From NCBI GenBank assembly GCA_002633005.1, contig NMRA01000286.1:150143-214142 (forward strand): a DNA stretch of 64,000 nucleotides, given 5' to 3'. The position numbers and the translations under genes were made by a program. Under the pieces are notes generated by a model. It was not told the DNA's origin, did no database searches, and saw nothing but the letters and a program-made list of their open reading frames with translations. Shown here one piece after another: positions 12,901 through 22,945 of the stretch (position 1 is the first letter of the stretch; each line of letters starts with the position of its first letter). This DNA comes from Phoronis australis. Taxonomy: Eukaryota > Animalia > Phoronida.

Positions 12901-15900
12901 AGTTGCTCTCTTTCAAATCATGGCATTCAAACCTTTTTTATCCTTAGCTGTGGAATGCCATTTCAGTTTTATGTTTCCACATTTACATTTGGGTGCATAT
13001 TGTGGTCATCAGTGTCCAGCGTCCTGTTTATGGCGTCTGCTGTTGTTACTGCTAAATCCCTTGCAGAATTTTTGTGAAATTTTGCAAGAGTGCCCATATG
13101 AACGTGATGGCACAGAACACTGACATTCAGACTGATGGATTTGCAGGAAACTTGACCAATAGGTTTCTATGGAAGTGATGAATTTTGGATGGATTCAACT
13201 TGTTCTGGCCATTTTTGTTATTTTGAACTGTTGTTTTGGGTCCACCGCTCTATCCACCATACTGTTTGAATGATCATTGTGAAACTTGGGAAATGTATTC
13301 TAACTGAGGACAGCACATGTGATCTGGATTTCCATCCAATTTGGTGTACTTGTTCCTATTGAGAAGAACGGAGATGATGTTTGTTTTGGTTCAAGTCCAA
13401 CTACTGTGGTGTACCCTGGTGACGATTTAGGTTTTCTTTGAGTACCTTGATATCTGCTAAGTTCTCTGATTCTTGTTCATGAGAGCTGGTATATACGTTT
13501 CCTTGCACCTATCCAGTTTCAGGTGTGTCTAATCAATTCTGTGGTGCCACCTGGTGCTATTTTTATTGTGTTTTGTCTGTTGTTGGTGATCCGCATCTCT
13601 CTATCTGCCAAACCCCACGAAGAATTATGTAAGTTGGCAAATGTGGTCCTATTGGGAGGACCATGGCATACATTTATTTAACTTTTTGATGGTCTGCAGT
13701 GACGCCCCTTATTGGCAATTTTAGTTTTTATTGTATTTGCCTCAACATCTACCAAGTTCTTTGATGGATCTCCTTAAGATTTGGCAAGTTTTGAGAACAC
13801 CATTTGCTTATGGAGCTTATGGAGGGATCTGACTTGTGTGGCGCCCTCTAGTGGGAAACTGTCAATGCGTCTGAGTACCTCNTGTCATTGATCAAACAAC
13901 ACTTGGAAAATTATTTTTTAACGTTGAGATTTTGAAAGAAGTTGATTATAGCCATTATCTTTACTGTAAGCAGTTTCGAAATGGGTGACGGAAGAGTTCT
14001 CTTATAAACTATTCTTATGAATTTTCCAACTCCAAATGTGGTCACAGTTATAATGAAATGTTCACATTTACTTCATGATTTTTCAATCTCAAATTAGGTA
14101 TAGAGTAAAAGTTATGCCAATAACAAAAGGCCGTGACCCACCCGTCATCATGATGACAAGCTCTCATTGAGAATCACCTTCACAGTCAAGTTTATTCAAA
14201 TTAAAACTTGGTGACATAGCAGTGTAGTAAGCTTTTTAAAAATGGAAAAATTTTTGGACAATTTTTTGTTGAAATTTGAAGAAACTTAATCAGATATTAG
14301 GCTAAAAGCATACTAATTGGTTCTGGCCTGTGGTTTTTTGAAAATCGAGTCATTGGTGTAATATTTTTTTAGTTGCTCTCTTTCAAATCATGGCATTTCA
14401 AACCTTTTTTATCCTTAGCTGTGGAATGCCATTTCAGTTTCATGTTTCCACATTTACATTTGGGTGCATATTGTGGTCGTCAGTGTCCAGCGTCCTGTTT
14501 ATGGCGTCTGCTGTTGTTACTGCTAAATCCCTTGCAGAATTTTTGTGAAATTTTGCAAGAGTGCCCATATGAACGTGATGGCACAGAACACTGACTTTCA
14601 GACGGATGGATTTGCATGAAACTTGACCAATAGGTTTCTATGGAGGTGATGAATTTTGGATGGATTCAACTTGTTCTGTGCCACCTTGTGGCCATTTTTG
14701 TTTTTTTAAACTGTTGTTTTGGGTCCACCGCTCTATCCACCATACTGGTTGAATGATCATTGTGAAACTTGGGAAATGTATTCTAACTGAGGACAGCACA
14801 TGTGATCTGGATTTCCATCCAATTTGGTGTACTTGTTCCTATTGAGAAGAGCGGAGATGATGTTTGTTTTGGTTCAAGTCCAACTACTGTGGTGTACCCT
14901 GGTGACGATTTAGGTTTTCTTTGAGTACCTTGATATCTGCTAAGTTCTCTGATACATGTTCATGAGAGCTGGTATATACGTTTCCTTGCACCTGTCCAGT
15001 TTCAGGTGTGTCTAATCAATTCTGTGGTGCCACCTGGTGCTATTTTTATTGTGTTTTGTCTGTTGTTGGTGATCCGCATCTCTCTATCTGCCAAACCCCA
15101 CGAAGAATCATGTAAGTTGGCAAATGTGGTCCTATTGGGAGGACCATGGCATACATTTATTTAACTTTTTGATGGTCTGCAGTGACGCCCCTTATTGGCA
15201 ATTTTAGTTTTTATTGTATTTGCCTCAACATCTACCAAGTTCTTTGATGGATCTCCTTAAGATTTGGCAAGTTTTGAGAACACCATTTGCTTATGGAGCT
15301 TATGGAGGGATCTGACTTGTGTGGCGCCCTCTAGTGGGAAACTGTCAATGCGTCTGAGTACCTCTTGTATCGTTACTGTTTGCTGTGGTAGGTGCATATA
15401 AATGCTTTGCGTTGTTCTTATATTAAACTCTCGTTGTTGGAAGAAGTGAATGGGAAGGTTCTTCCTCATCATAAGCGTTATGCCTACAGTGAATGTTATT
15501 CATATGGAAACAGTGTGTTGAACATTGCCTTAACAATTTTGAAGCAAAAATCTAATCTTTCGTTGATCGTGTGTTGCTAACTAAATGATAGCACATTGGG
15601 CCAAAAAATAGCTTATTAGTTCTAGCCTATGCCTGACTCATTTCCAAGTCTGCACCTAAATTGGCCTCAGGTGATGCTCGGTAAAAAGGAAGGATCCAAA
15701 ACCATTTTTTCTGACACCAAATGGCGCCGAGGATAAGAAATACAGGAGGGTCTTGGACCTATTTCATCTGACATCAGGTGGCACTGGGGATAAAAAAGAC
15801 AGAAGGGTCCTGACCATTTCATCTAGCGCTGGGGATGAAAAAGGCTAGAGGACCCCGACCCTTTTCATCTGCCATTAGGTGGCTCTGGCGACAAAAAGAC

Positions 15901-18900
15901 AGAAGGATCCTGACCTTTTTCAGCTGGCATCAGGTGGCATTGAGGAAAAACGAATTTTGGTCTATTGTAGGTGGCATCAGTGACTTTTTGTTTTTGAGAA
16001 CATGGACAACACCTCACCAGTCTCAAAAAAGCAGGCCAGAACTAATTATCCTATTTTTTTGGTTTGATAATATTGTTGAGGAAAAGAGATTGTTTTAATA
16101 TCTGAAAGGAACAACAACCAATATTGGAGCAGAAAGACAATGGTCTAGCAGCTTTTGGGTGAGAAGTTTTCAATGTCTTCATCGTGCTTGCCATACTTCG
16201 TGCTAATTTAAGTCACATGTTCACAGACAGAATACACCTGAAGGTGCTGCCTTTACTGGCAGTATGCAGCTATTGGCTGGCGTCAAGCTTTGCACGGGAC
16301 GACATCTCACCAATCATCCCCATTACGAAGATACCCATTTAAGAAGAAAAACTAAGGAGGTACTGGGAATAGTGCATTAAGGCTAAATTTATGTGTAACT
16401 AAGACTTATTAAATAGAAATTATATCCCTTGAAATTGTTAAAAAAGACTTCTTCTTGCTGGTAGTTTATATTTCCTGTAAAAAGCGATATTGTTTTGGCT
16501 TAGAATCATTTCTCTATTAGTTAGAATTGCGAAATATTGAATAATTTAAGGTCACAGGTACAAATCTCTTTCACAGGTATTTATTTCTAGTTGCAAATTC
16601 CGGTTCATGTAGGAAGACGCAGCAGTTGAGAGTCAATGATCAATTCCACTTTTCATTCTAGCTATATAAGATGTACGGCAAGTTCTCACCTGAGGAGGTT
16701 CATTCTGTTATGGTGAAGTACAAGAGTAATTACATCATCCTAGAGGACAGTATCTGTATGATACCAGAACAGGGAAGATATTGTAGACTACCTGATATTG
16801 TGGACATAGCTTATGGACAGGTGAGCAACAATATTTCAATGTTTTATCCAAAGAAGTCGGGCTCTTATAATTAAAGTTTCTTTCTAGGATTTCTATACAG
16901 AAACTGTAACACTAAAGCTATTACCAGCCTGGCACTTTTCTTTCTGGGCAAAATAAAGTGACAAGTCATTCAAATATGCTATATGACGCTCTACTGGTCA
17001 GGTTAACAAAGAGGGCGCCTTAATTAAAAGGTCAGAAATCAAGCAGAGCTTTCATTTGGAATATATATGTCAATATGTGGGCACATTATGCTGTCATGCC
17101 TGTTCATCCATCCATTTGGTGTCAGTCCAGCATCTGCTGGTCTTTCCAAAACCATTTGATATATGCTCATGGTATTTTGCACATTTTTCCTTTTATGCTT
17201 GGGATGACATGAACAAACTTTTGGACGGATCGGACTACTGCTGTGCCCCCTAGTGACAATTTTAGTTTTTTCGTTAACCTCTGTATCTTCAAAGTTCCTG
17301 GATGGATTTTCATAAAATTCGGCTAATAGGTGTCTATTAGTGAGATGGCACTACCCTCCTGTTTTTTGGGTGGATTCGAGTTTGTTCTTTGGCATGTGCC
17401 CCTCAAACCATTCTAAGGATAATTTTCAAAAATTGACATATGTGTTATTACTGTGAAGAGGAGGACTGACAATGATTTTGTGGCGTCTTTGACTACTTTG
17501 CCACCTTCTAGTGGCATTTTTTGCACCTGTGGTTGCATCTCCTAAACCCTCTGCAGTATCTATATTAAATTTAGCAAGTGTATTTACATGACGTTGACAA
17601 CGCACGACAACAACTTTCGAACATATCTGTACTCAATTTCTGTTCATTTTTTGCCCCTGTGGCTGTATCTCCTTAACTCTTTGCAGTAACTATATTAAAT
17701 TCAGGAAGTGTATTTAAATGACGTTGACAAAGGGTGATGACAATTTTCGAACTGATCAGTATTCACTTTCATATCATTCCGTTTTATATTGTTTCTCTGA
17801 AGTTTTAGACAGATTCTTATAAAATTTGGTAAATAGCTTTCTATTAAAGAAATTATGACATGTTCCTGTTCTTGGATGGATTTGACGTATTTTGCGCCAT
17901 CTGGTGGCCATTTTTACTGTGTTCTATTCTGTTGTTACATCCACCCCTCTATCAACCAAAGTGCTCTAAGCATGATTTTTATGCGCCCACATATTTATGT
18001 GTGGTCGCATATTGCCGTCATCTCTGTCTGTGCTTCCACAGCTGTATCTCCTAAACCCCGCACAGGCTCTCAATGAGATTTGGCAGATGGGTTCCTATTA
18101 AGTTGACGATGGATGACGACAAATTTCGAACCTCTCCGACTACGGGTATGCCCCCTAGTGGCAACTTTAGTTGTTTACGCGCACCTCTGTATCTTCGGAG
18201 GTACTCGACATATTTTCACAAAATTTGGAATTTAGGGATCTATCAGTGAGATGACACTATCCTCTCGTTTTCGACGTAGTTTGCGCCACCTAGTAGCCAT
18301 TTTTACTGTTTTCGAGTCTGTTTCTTGGCGTCCACCCCTCTATCAACCAAACTGCTCTAAGGATGATTGTGAAAATTAGCATGTATGTTCTTACTATAAA
18401 GAGGATGGCTGACGATGATTTTCCGGTGCCTTCGACTACTGTGGCACCTAGTGGCAGTTTTGTTTGTTTTTGCGCCTATGGATATATCTCCTAAACCGTT
18501 TGCAGGTTCTTTACTAAATTTAGCAAGTGCATTTATATGATGTTGACAACGGACAACGATGATGTCTTTCGCACAGATTTTTTCACCAGTGTGCTCCCTA
18601 GTGGCAATTTTAGTGTTTTACATTTATCTAGTGGCCATTTTTACTGTTTTCGAGTCTGTTTTTTGGCAACCAAACCATTCTAAGGCCGATTTTGAAAATT
18701 GGCGTATATGTTCTCAGTGTGAAGAGGACAGTTGAGAATGACGAGGTCGACTACTGTGGCATCCAACATTTATATGAAATTCCATATCAAATGCACATGA
18801 TTTTGTTTTGTTTTGCGCCCATAGCTGTATCTCCTAAACCCACTGCCGGATCTTTATTAAATTTAGTAAGTGATTTATAGAAAGCTTATAATAGATGACG

Positions 18901-21010
18901 ACTTTCAGGCAGACACTGTGCCCCCTAGTGGCAGTTACATTTTTTCTGTTTTCTGTTGTTTCTCTGAAGTTCTTTGTCAGATTTTTATGAAATTTAGTAT
19001 ATAGCTTTCTATTGAAGAAGCGACGTCATGTTCCATTTTCAGTTGGATTGGACGTTTTGCACCGTCTAGTGGTCATTTTTATGATACAAATAAACAACTT
19101 TAGAAGCACACCGTTTGCGGTGCATTCGTGGGTGCATTTCAACACTCTGCGTTGCTCATTAAAATTGGTGTAAAGAAGATGGCTGGTTATGATTTTCGGA
19201 TGACTCGCACTACTTTGGCACCTCCTAGTGGCATTTTTTTTTGCATCTATGGCAGTATCTCCCAAACCCTCTGCAGGATCTTTATTAAATTTGGCAAGCG
19301 TATTTATATGAAGTTGACAATGGACAACAATGACATTAGGACGGACTCGACTACCGGTGTGCCCCCCTAGTGGCATTTTTTTTCGTTGTCCTCTTTATCT
19401 TTGAAACTCCTTGGCAGATTTTTATAAAGTTTAATAAATAGGTTTCTATTGAAGAGTCAACAGGTTCCCATTTTCGGTTAGATTCGACGTATAGCGACCG
19501 TTTTTATTATCATACTATTTTGCAAATAAGTTTCTAGTCAGGAAACTACGATGTCTTCTCAATTTTCGGTTGGATTTGATGTATTCAGCGTCACCCAGTA
19601 GTCATTTTAAAAATGTTTGTGTACGTTTTTAGCATCACCCTCTCCATCCACCAAACCACATGTAGGATCATTAGTATAATTTGGAGGTGTGTTCCTGATG
19701 AGGAGACTGAGGCTGACGTTGACTTTTGGACGCGTTCAACTACGCTGCCACCGCCTATTGGGAATTTTATTTTTTTGCATCTATGACTGTATTTTCTTTA
19801 CCCTTTGCAATTTAGCAGACGTGTTCGTATGGATATGGCAACAGATGACAGCTTCTTTCAGCCCAATCTAATTGCAGCTGTTTTCCTGTTGGCAGTTTTA
19901 TTTTTTTACGTTTGCCTCTGTAACTTCAGAGTTCCTTGATGCTTTTTCATGAAATTTGGCAAACAAGTTTCTATTATGAAGATGACAACACCTTTCCTTT
20001 TTGTGGTGGATTCGACGTAATCTGTATCAACTAGTGGCCATTTAAATTATTTTTATTTAGTCTGTTTCTCTATCGTGTGCCAAACCATGCAGAGGATCAT
20101 GAAAATTGACAGATGTTGTACCACTGACAAGAGCATGACTGATGCGGAATTTCAAATGGGTCCAACTACTGTGGTGCCCCCTAGTGACATTTTCTCGCAT
20201 CTATGCCTGTATATTCTAAATCCCTTGCAAGATGTTTTTAAAAGTTCGCAATTGTGTCCCTATTAACTTGACAGCAGATGGACAGATTCAACGACCGCTG
20301 CAGTTCCTAATGGCATTTTTTTTTTACGTTTGCGGTTGTATCTTTGTAGTTCTTTGATGGACTTTCTTGAAATTTGGCAAATAGTGTTGAGAGACCATGA
20401 AATCTTCCCATTTTAGATGGGTTTGGTGTATTTTGTGTCATTTTATGATACAAATAAATATCCCTAGATGCACACCCTTTGTAGTACATCGTGGGCGCAT
20501 TTCAATGCTCTGCAGTGCTCTTTGTTTTGGAAGTCCGAGTAGGTGTTTACCATGGCAATAGACACTTAAAAGGGTCCCGGATTTTATGAACCAATTTGAT
20601 GCCGTTATTTAGTGTGGAAAATTGGTTCTCAAAATGCCAACCCCTCTAAGTGACTATTTCCTTTAGATCAATGACTGAACTGTGAAGGTTTTGGCACATT
20701 GTAGTCTATTCAATTATTTGTCCATCATTGAATTTTTAAGATCAATGTTAGTGTGCAACTGTTGTGTAAGCTAGAAGCTGCTCTGGTATTGGCTATTCAA
20801 ATGAAAAATGGTATTACCTCATACATTTGTTCACAGGTTCCTGATAACTATCCACCCAGTGAGAAAATGCCTGACTTAAAGCCCAGCAAGTTTCCACATT
20901 TCTGTGATGCTGTCCGCAGGGGCATGGGTCAATATGGTAGCCTCTTTAAAAGAGTGTTTGAAAACAGAACATTTCGAGTTTATAAAGTGGCTCCCCGTCA
21001 TTCAAAATGA
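839..21010 (+). CDS. DPY19L3: DPY19L3-like C-mannosyltransferase, 5'-partial spliced gene: join(839..960,2403..2542,4202..4322,5266..5400,6199..6330,6923..7036,8412..8647,9578..9806,10679..10735,12018..12100,16227..16359,16662..16820,20837..21010), about 611 aa in the window
   Basis: All exons are AG/GT bounded and phases chain to a TGA at 21008-21010. Motifs typical of DPY19L3: IPLRENWSLPF, TWQFTQF, DEHIFKF, LREFYDPDTVELMEWI, GSMQLLAGVKLCTGRHLTNHPHYED, YIILEDSIC, RVFENRTFRVYK. Confidence 0.93.
2008..2360. repeat. 30-bp minisatellite (ctatagctcagactagaacaagatagggtt), about 6 units, interrupted by a MITE
   Basis: Directly visible tandem units. Confidence 0.9.
2062..2227. mobile_element. About 165-bp MITE (CAxTGGCGGAT...ATCCGCCCxTG) inserted in a minisatellite
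   Basis: Terminal inverted repeats; body similar to 22796-22945; flanked by CTA/CTA. Confidence 0.7.
2403..2542 (+). CDS. DPY19L3: DPY19L3-like exon (TEPIYFYIRTVFNLQG...WMLSGSWLSG...LVNR)
   Basis: tttccag/gtagc junctions; EPxYFY and LSGxWLSG motifs; phase 0 to 2. Confidence 0.9.
3126..3310. repeat. Interspersed T-rich repeat, related copy at about 25968-26200
   Basis: Shared caggg(c/t)ttg(t/g)aa...gatttcctc.tatttgatttc...ttattttgactttattc...acctggaaaa. Confidence 0.6.
3465..4145 (+). mobile_element. HINE/DINE-1-like (Helentron-associated) non-autonomous element
   Basis: Starts at a T-run with gtgcgcctgc..gtgggtgcat, internal subrepeats with gccccctagtggc, ends gtgggtgcatttcaa...ttgctcttgt; same family as 17976-19160. 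Confidence 0.6.
4202..4322 (+). CDS. DPY19L3: DPY19L3-like exon (MDVTRADYSIPLRENWSLPFLWLQ...)
   Basis: ttgcag/gtaagt; PLRENW motif. Confidence 0.92.
5266..5400 (+). CDS. DPY19L3: DPY19L3-like exon (YGCIAAIFLCTFLFNITWQFTQFTLLLQ...)
   Basis: tttcag/gtgtgt; WQFxQF motif. Confidence 0.9.
6199..6330 (+). CDS. DPY19L3: DPY19L3-like transmembrane exon (VVVMYICIFISLLCVCALQFFHKMILGSL...)
   Basis: ttgcag/gtcagt; LQFFxxMILGS motif. Confidence 0.88.
6923..7036 (+). CDS. DPY19L3: DPY19L3-like exon (DKLQLKQQKSG...LMIVISTLIK)
   Basis: ctttcag/gtaata; phase 0-0, hydrophobic segment. Confidence 0.82.
7623..7758. repeat. Short fold-back (MITE-like) element
   Basis: acttagagtagaaatgattactgggttt ... aaacccagaaatcacttctaacctaagt imperfect inverted repeat. 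Confidence 0.6.
8412..8647 (+). CDS. DPY19L3: DPY19L3-like exon (AVIQLDADEHIFKFVLNKLGLG...DFDVRLYMCNGAF...FGRL...)
   Basis: caacag/gtacag; DEHIFKF and DFD..LY.C motifs. Confidence 0.9.
9578..9806 (+). CDS. DPY19L3: DPY19L3-like exon (...FFGALAMSTQRMRYFWIPYMCILAS...)
   Basis: tgacag/gtatgt; RMxYxW..MC..AS motif. Confidence 0.9.
10096..10257. repeat. 81-bp tandem duplication
   Basis: Two near-identical copies aaactactggaaagttga...gtcattgt. Confidence 0.9.
10679..10735 (+). CDS. DPY19L3: DPY19L3-like short exon (SVAARHLVAGLLIAVIIGP)
   Basis: ttccag/gtaagt, 57 nt phase 0-0; supplies the expected last TM helix; low sequence conservation. Confidence 0.7.
12018..12100 (+). CDS. DPY19L3: DPY19L3-like exon (LVSNAEAELSNLREFYDPDTVELMEWI)
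   Basis: ttttcaaag/gtaagt; LREFYDPDTVELM motif. Confidence 0.92.
12414..15364. other. Apparent 1.47-kb tandem duplication around a single N (13882); probable assembly/haplotype overlap artefact
   Basis: 12414-13881 closely matches 13883-15364 with scattered SNPs/indels; junction is exactly the N. Confidence 0.85.
12966..15420 (+). mobile_element. Diverged HINE/DINE-1-like element, present twice because of the gap-flanking duplication
   Basis: Start ttttatgtttccac..tgggtgcatattg; end ggtgcatataaatgctttgcgttgttctt; internal gtgccacctggtg / gcgccctctagtgg subrepeats. Confidence 0.5.
15599..16065. mobile_element. MITE-like element with about 30-bp imperfect TIRs and an internal ~56-bp tandem array; shorter relative at about 46772-47021
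   Basis: ggccaaaaaatagcttattagttctagcct vs aggccagaactaattatcctatttttttgg; units containing catcaggtggc. Confidence 0.6.
16227..16359 (+). CDS. DPY19L3: DPY19L3-like exon (QNTPEGAAFTGSMQLLAGVKLCTGRHLTNHPHYED...)
   Basis: tcacag/gtactg; NHPHYED motif. Confidence 0.93.
16662..16820 (+). CDS. DPY19L3: DPY19L3-like exon (LYKMYGKFSPEEVH...YIILEDSIC...CRLPDIVDIAYGQ)
   Basis: ttctag/gtgagc; ILEDSIC motif. Confidence 0.92.
17055..20525 (+). mobile_element. Compound HINE/DINE-1-like element with a nested copy at about 17976-19160
   Basis: Subterminal IR atgcgcccac (17981) and gtgggcgcat (20491) / gtgggtgcat (19128), each followed by the same 3' tail; many internal subrepeats with aaatttgg and ccctagtggc cores. 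Confidence 0.65.
20837..21010 (+). CDS. DPY19L3: DPY19L3-like terminal coding exon (VPDNYPP...PHFCD...FKRVFENRTFRVYKVAPRHSK*)
   Basis: tcacag acceptor; RVF.N.TF.VYK C-terminal motif; TGA. Confidence 0.92.
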   Translation, partial: VPDNYPPSEKMPDLKPSKFPHFCDAVRRGMGQYGSLFKRVFENRTFRVYKVAPRHSK

Positions 21011-22795
21011 TTTGAATTTAGTGATGTATCACTATTCTGGTCTTAGTTATTATTCCTTTTACAGCATTTTAATGTGAAAGTATGACACTTGAGTGTTCTG
21101 TCTTGTTACAAACTTTTGTCTTGTGCTATAATAAACTATTTTACTTCTATATTTCTAAGTTTTGATTTCACACCAGCCAGACGCTTGCTAAATACAGAAT
21201 CAATGCTATTGGCCAATTTACCCACCAGTAAAGTAGTGAGTGTTGTTTTTTCAGTTTTCCTATTAAAATCCAAGGTGTATCATTTTTCATGCAATTTTTG
21301 AGATTTTCATTAAATCATAAAAGCCTCTATTTTCGAAAGCACCTGATGTAAACGTGAAACACTATTATATGTTTTTGAGAACAGCGCACAAATTGTAATA
21401 TCTGAAAGCTTCCACTCCAGCACCTCTGTGATATGCTCTGAAGTAAGCCCACCTCGCGCCCCACCAAGGCCAGGTCTTAGACAGTAGTGTCAATGGCACA
21501 TGGCTAAATCTCTCGTTTGTAATTTTCCAGAGACAAGTTGGAATATATTCCATTGCTTCTCAATGATTCCAGTTGCAGGTTTCTCCCTTTTAGATAACCT
21601 TTATGAAATAGCAAACGAGAAGCATGTAATTATACTGTAAACCAGAACTACGGTAAGTGTTCTGCTCCAGTGACATTGTGAACAGTTGGCATGGTGATCA
21701 AGATTTTGGATTTTGTGTCTGAGTTGCTTGACTTAAGGTTTTGAAAACCCAGTATTTATGCCCACCTGATTTAAATACACCAGTTGACTTTGATTGACTC
21801 ATAAAGAACCAGTAGTCAGAGATGTCACCAAACTTGTATACTAATAGAGGGTGGATTGGAGACTAATGAATATTGGTGATGCCATTATGCTTCACCTAAT
21901 TTGCATGGTTTTCTCGGCAATTTAAAAATGTATGTACTTAACAAAATGAATGGTTAACACTGGCGCGGATCTAGGATTTTTTAAAATTGCGGGGTCTGAT
22001 CAAGGAATTTTTAAAAATGGAGGCCCAAGTCAATAATTTGAAAATAGGTAGATCTGAAGTAATTAGTAAAAAACTGGCTCACCGTGAGTATTTCGTGGCA
22101 CGAGGTCAGTTGAAACGCTCTGAACAAGGTGAAGGCCGCGAACTTTTGTATCATTAACACCCATTTCAATTTTACACACGATGTCCAAGTGGAGAAATCC
22201 TCTGGCTCTTAGGAACAGGGATTACATAACTGATAATTGTACTAAGGAAACCTACAATTATGGTAGGATTCGTCCATCACGGGCGAACAACAAGTCCACA
22301 AGCATGAAACCAATTTTAACTGACTAATTTCTAAACTTGATCTCTCTGTCCAACCTTTCGTTTTCTGGTTCAGCTTTTCCCTGCTTAGTCCAACTGAGTC
22401 GTGGTGTTGGGGGACTTGCACGGTATCTTCCATAAATTACGTTCCTGAACCTGTACGCTGAATCTTAGATAAAATTTCCTATGGATTGCTCCGAAAACGC
22501 TATTAAAGCACATTTCCCTGAAACTGTTGCGGACACGGTATCACGGAGAAAATTAACTGTCACGCACAACAGCGTATCCAAACTTTCAAGTCTTAGAGCC
22601 CATTCACAAATTATTAACCCATTCACGCTGTCTTAGCTTCATTCTGTTGCCAAATCTATTCAACGATAGTGAGGCGTGTCTAAATGCAAAAGATCTTTTC
22701 CTCTTCATTTCAAGTTCAGTGACACGATTAGGAGAGCAAGATTTTCAATGCGGAAAAGTTGCCTTCGAGCGCAACGTTTTGTTGGTGACGAATGT

Positions 22796-22945
22796 CAGTG
22801 GCGGATTTAGAGGAGCCGGGGCAATAGCCCCCCTAAAATTCTCCCAATTTCCATTTAGCAGTTCGGGAATGCGAATGCCTGATGGGCAAAATCCTGACCA
22901 ATACTCTGCCCTGCCCCCCAACTCAAAATCCTGGATCCGCCCCTG
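22796..22945. mobile_element. 150-bp MITE, same family as 2062-2227
   Basis: cagtggcggat ... atccgcccctg TIRs, flanked by AATGT direct repeat. Confidence 0.75.

Noticed and set aside
12920-14594. Duplicated small ORFs (…FKPFLSLAVECHFSF…) as a paralog pair
   Set aside because: They lie at the start of a repeat element within the N-flanking artefactual duplication
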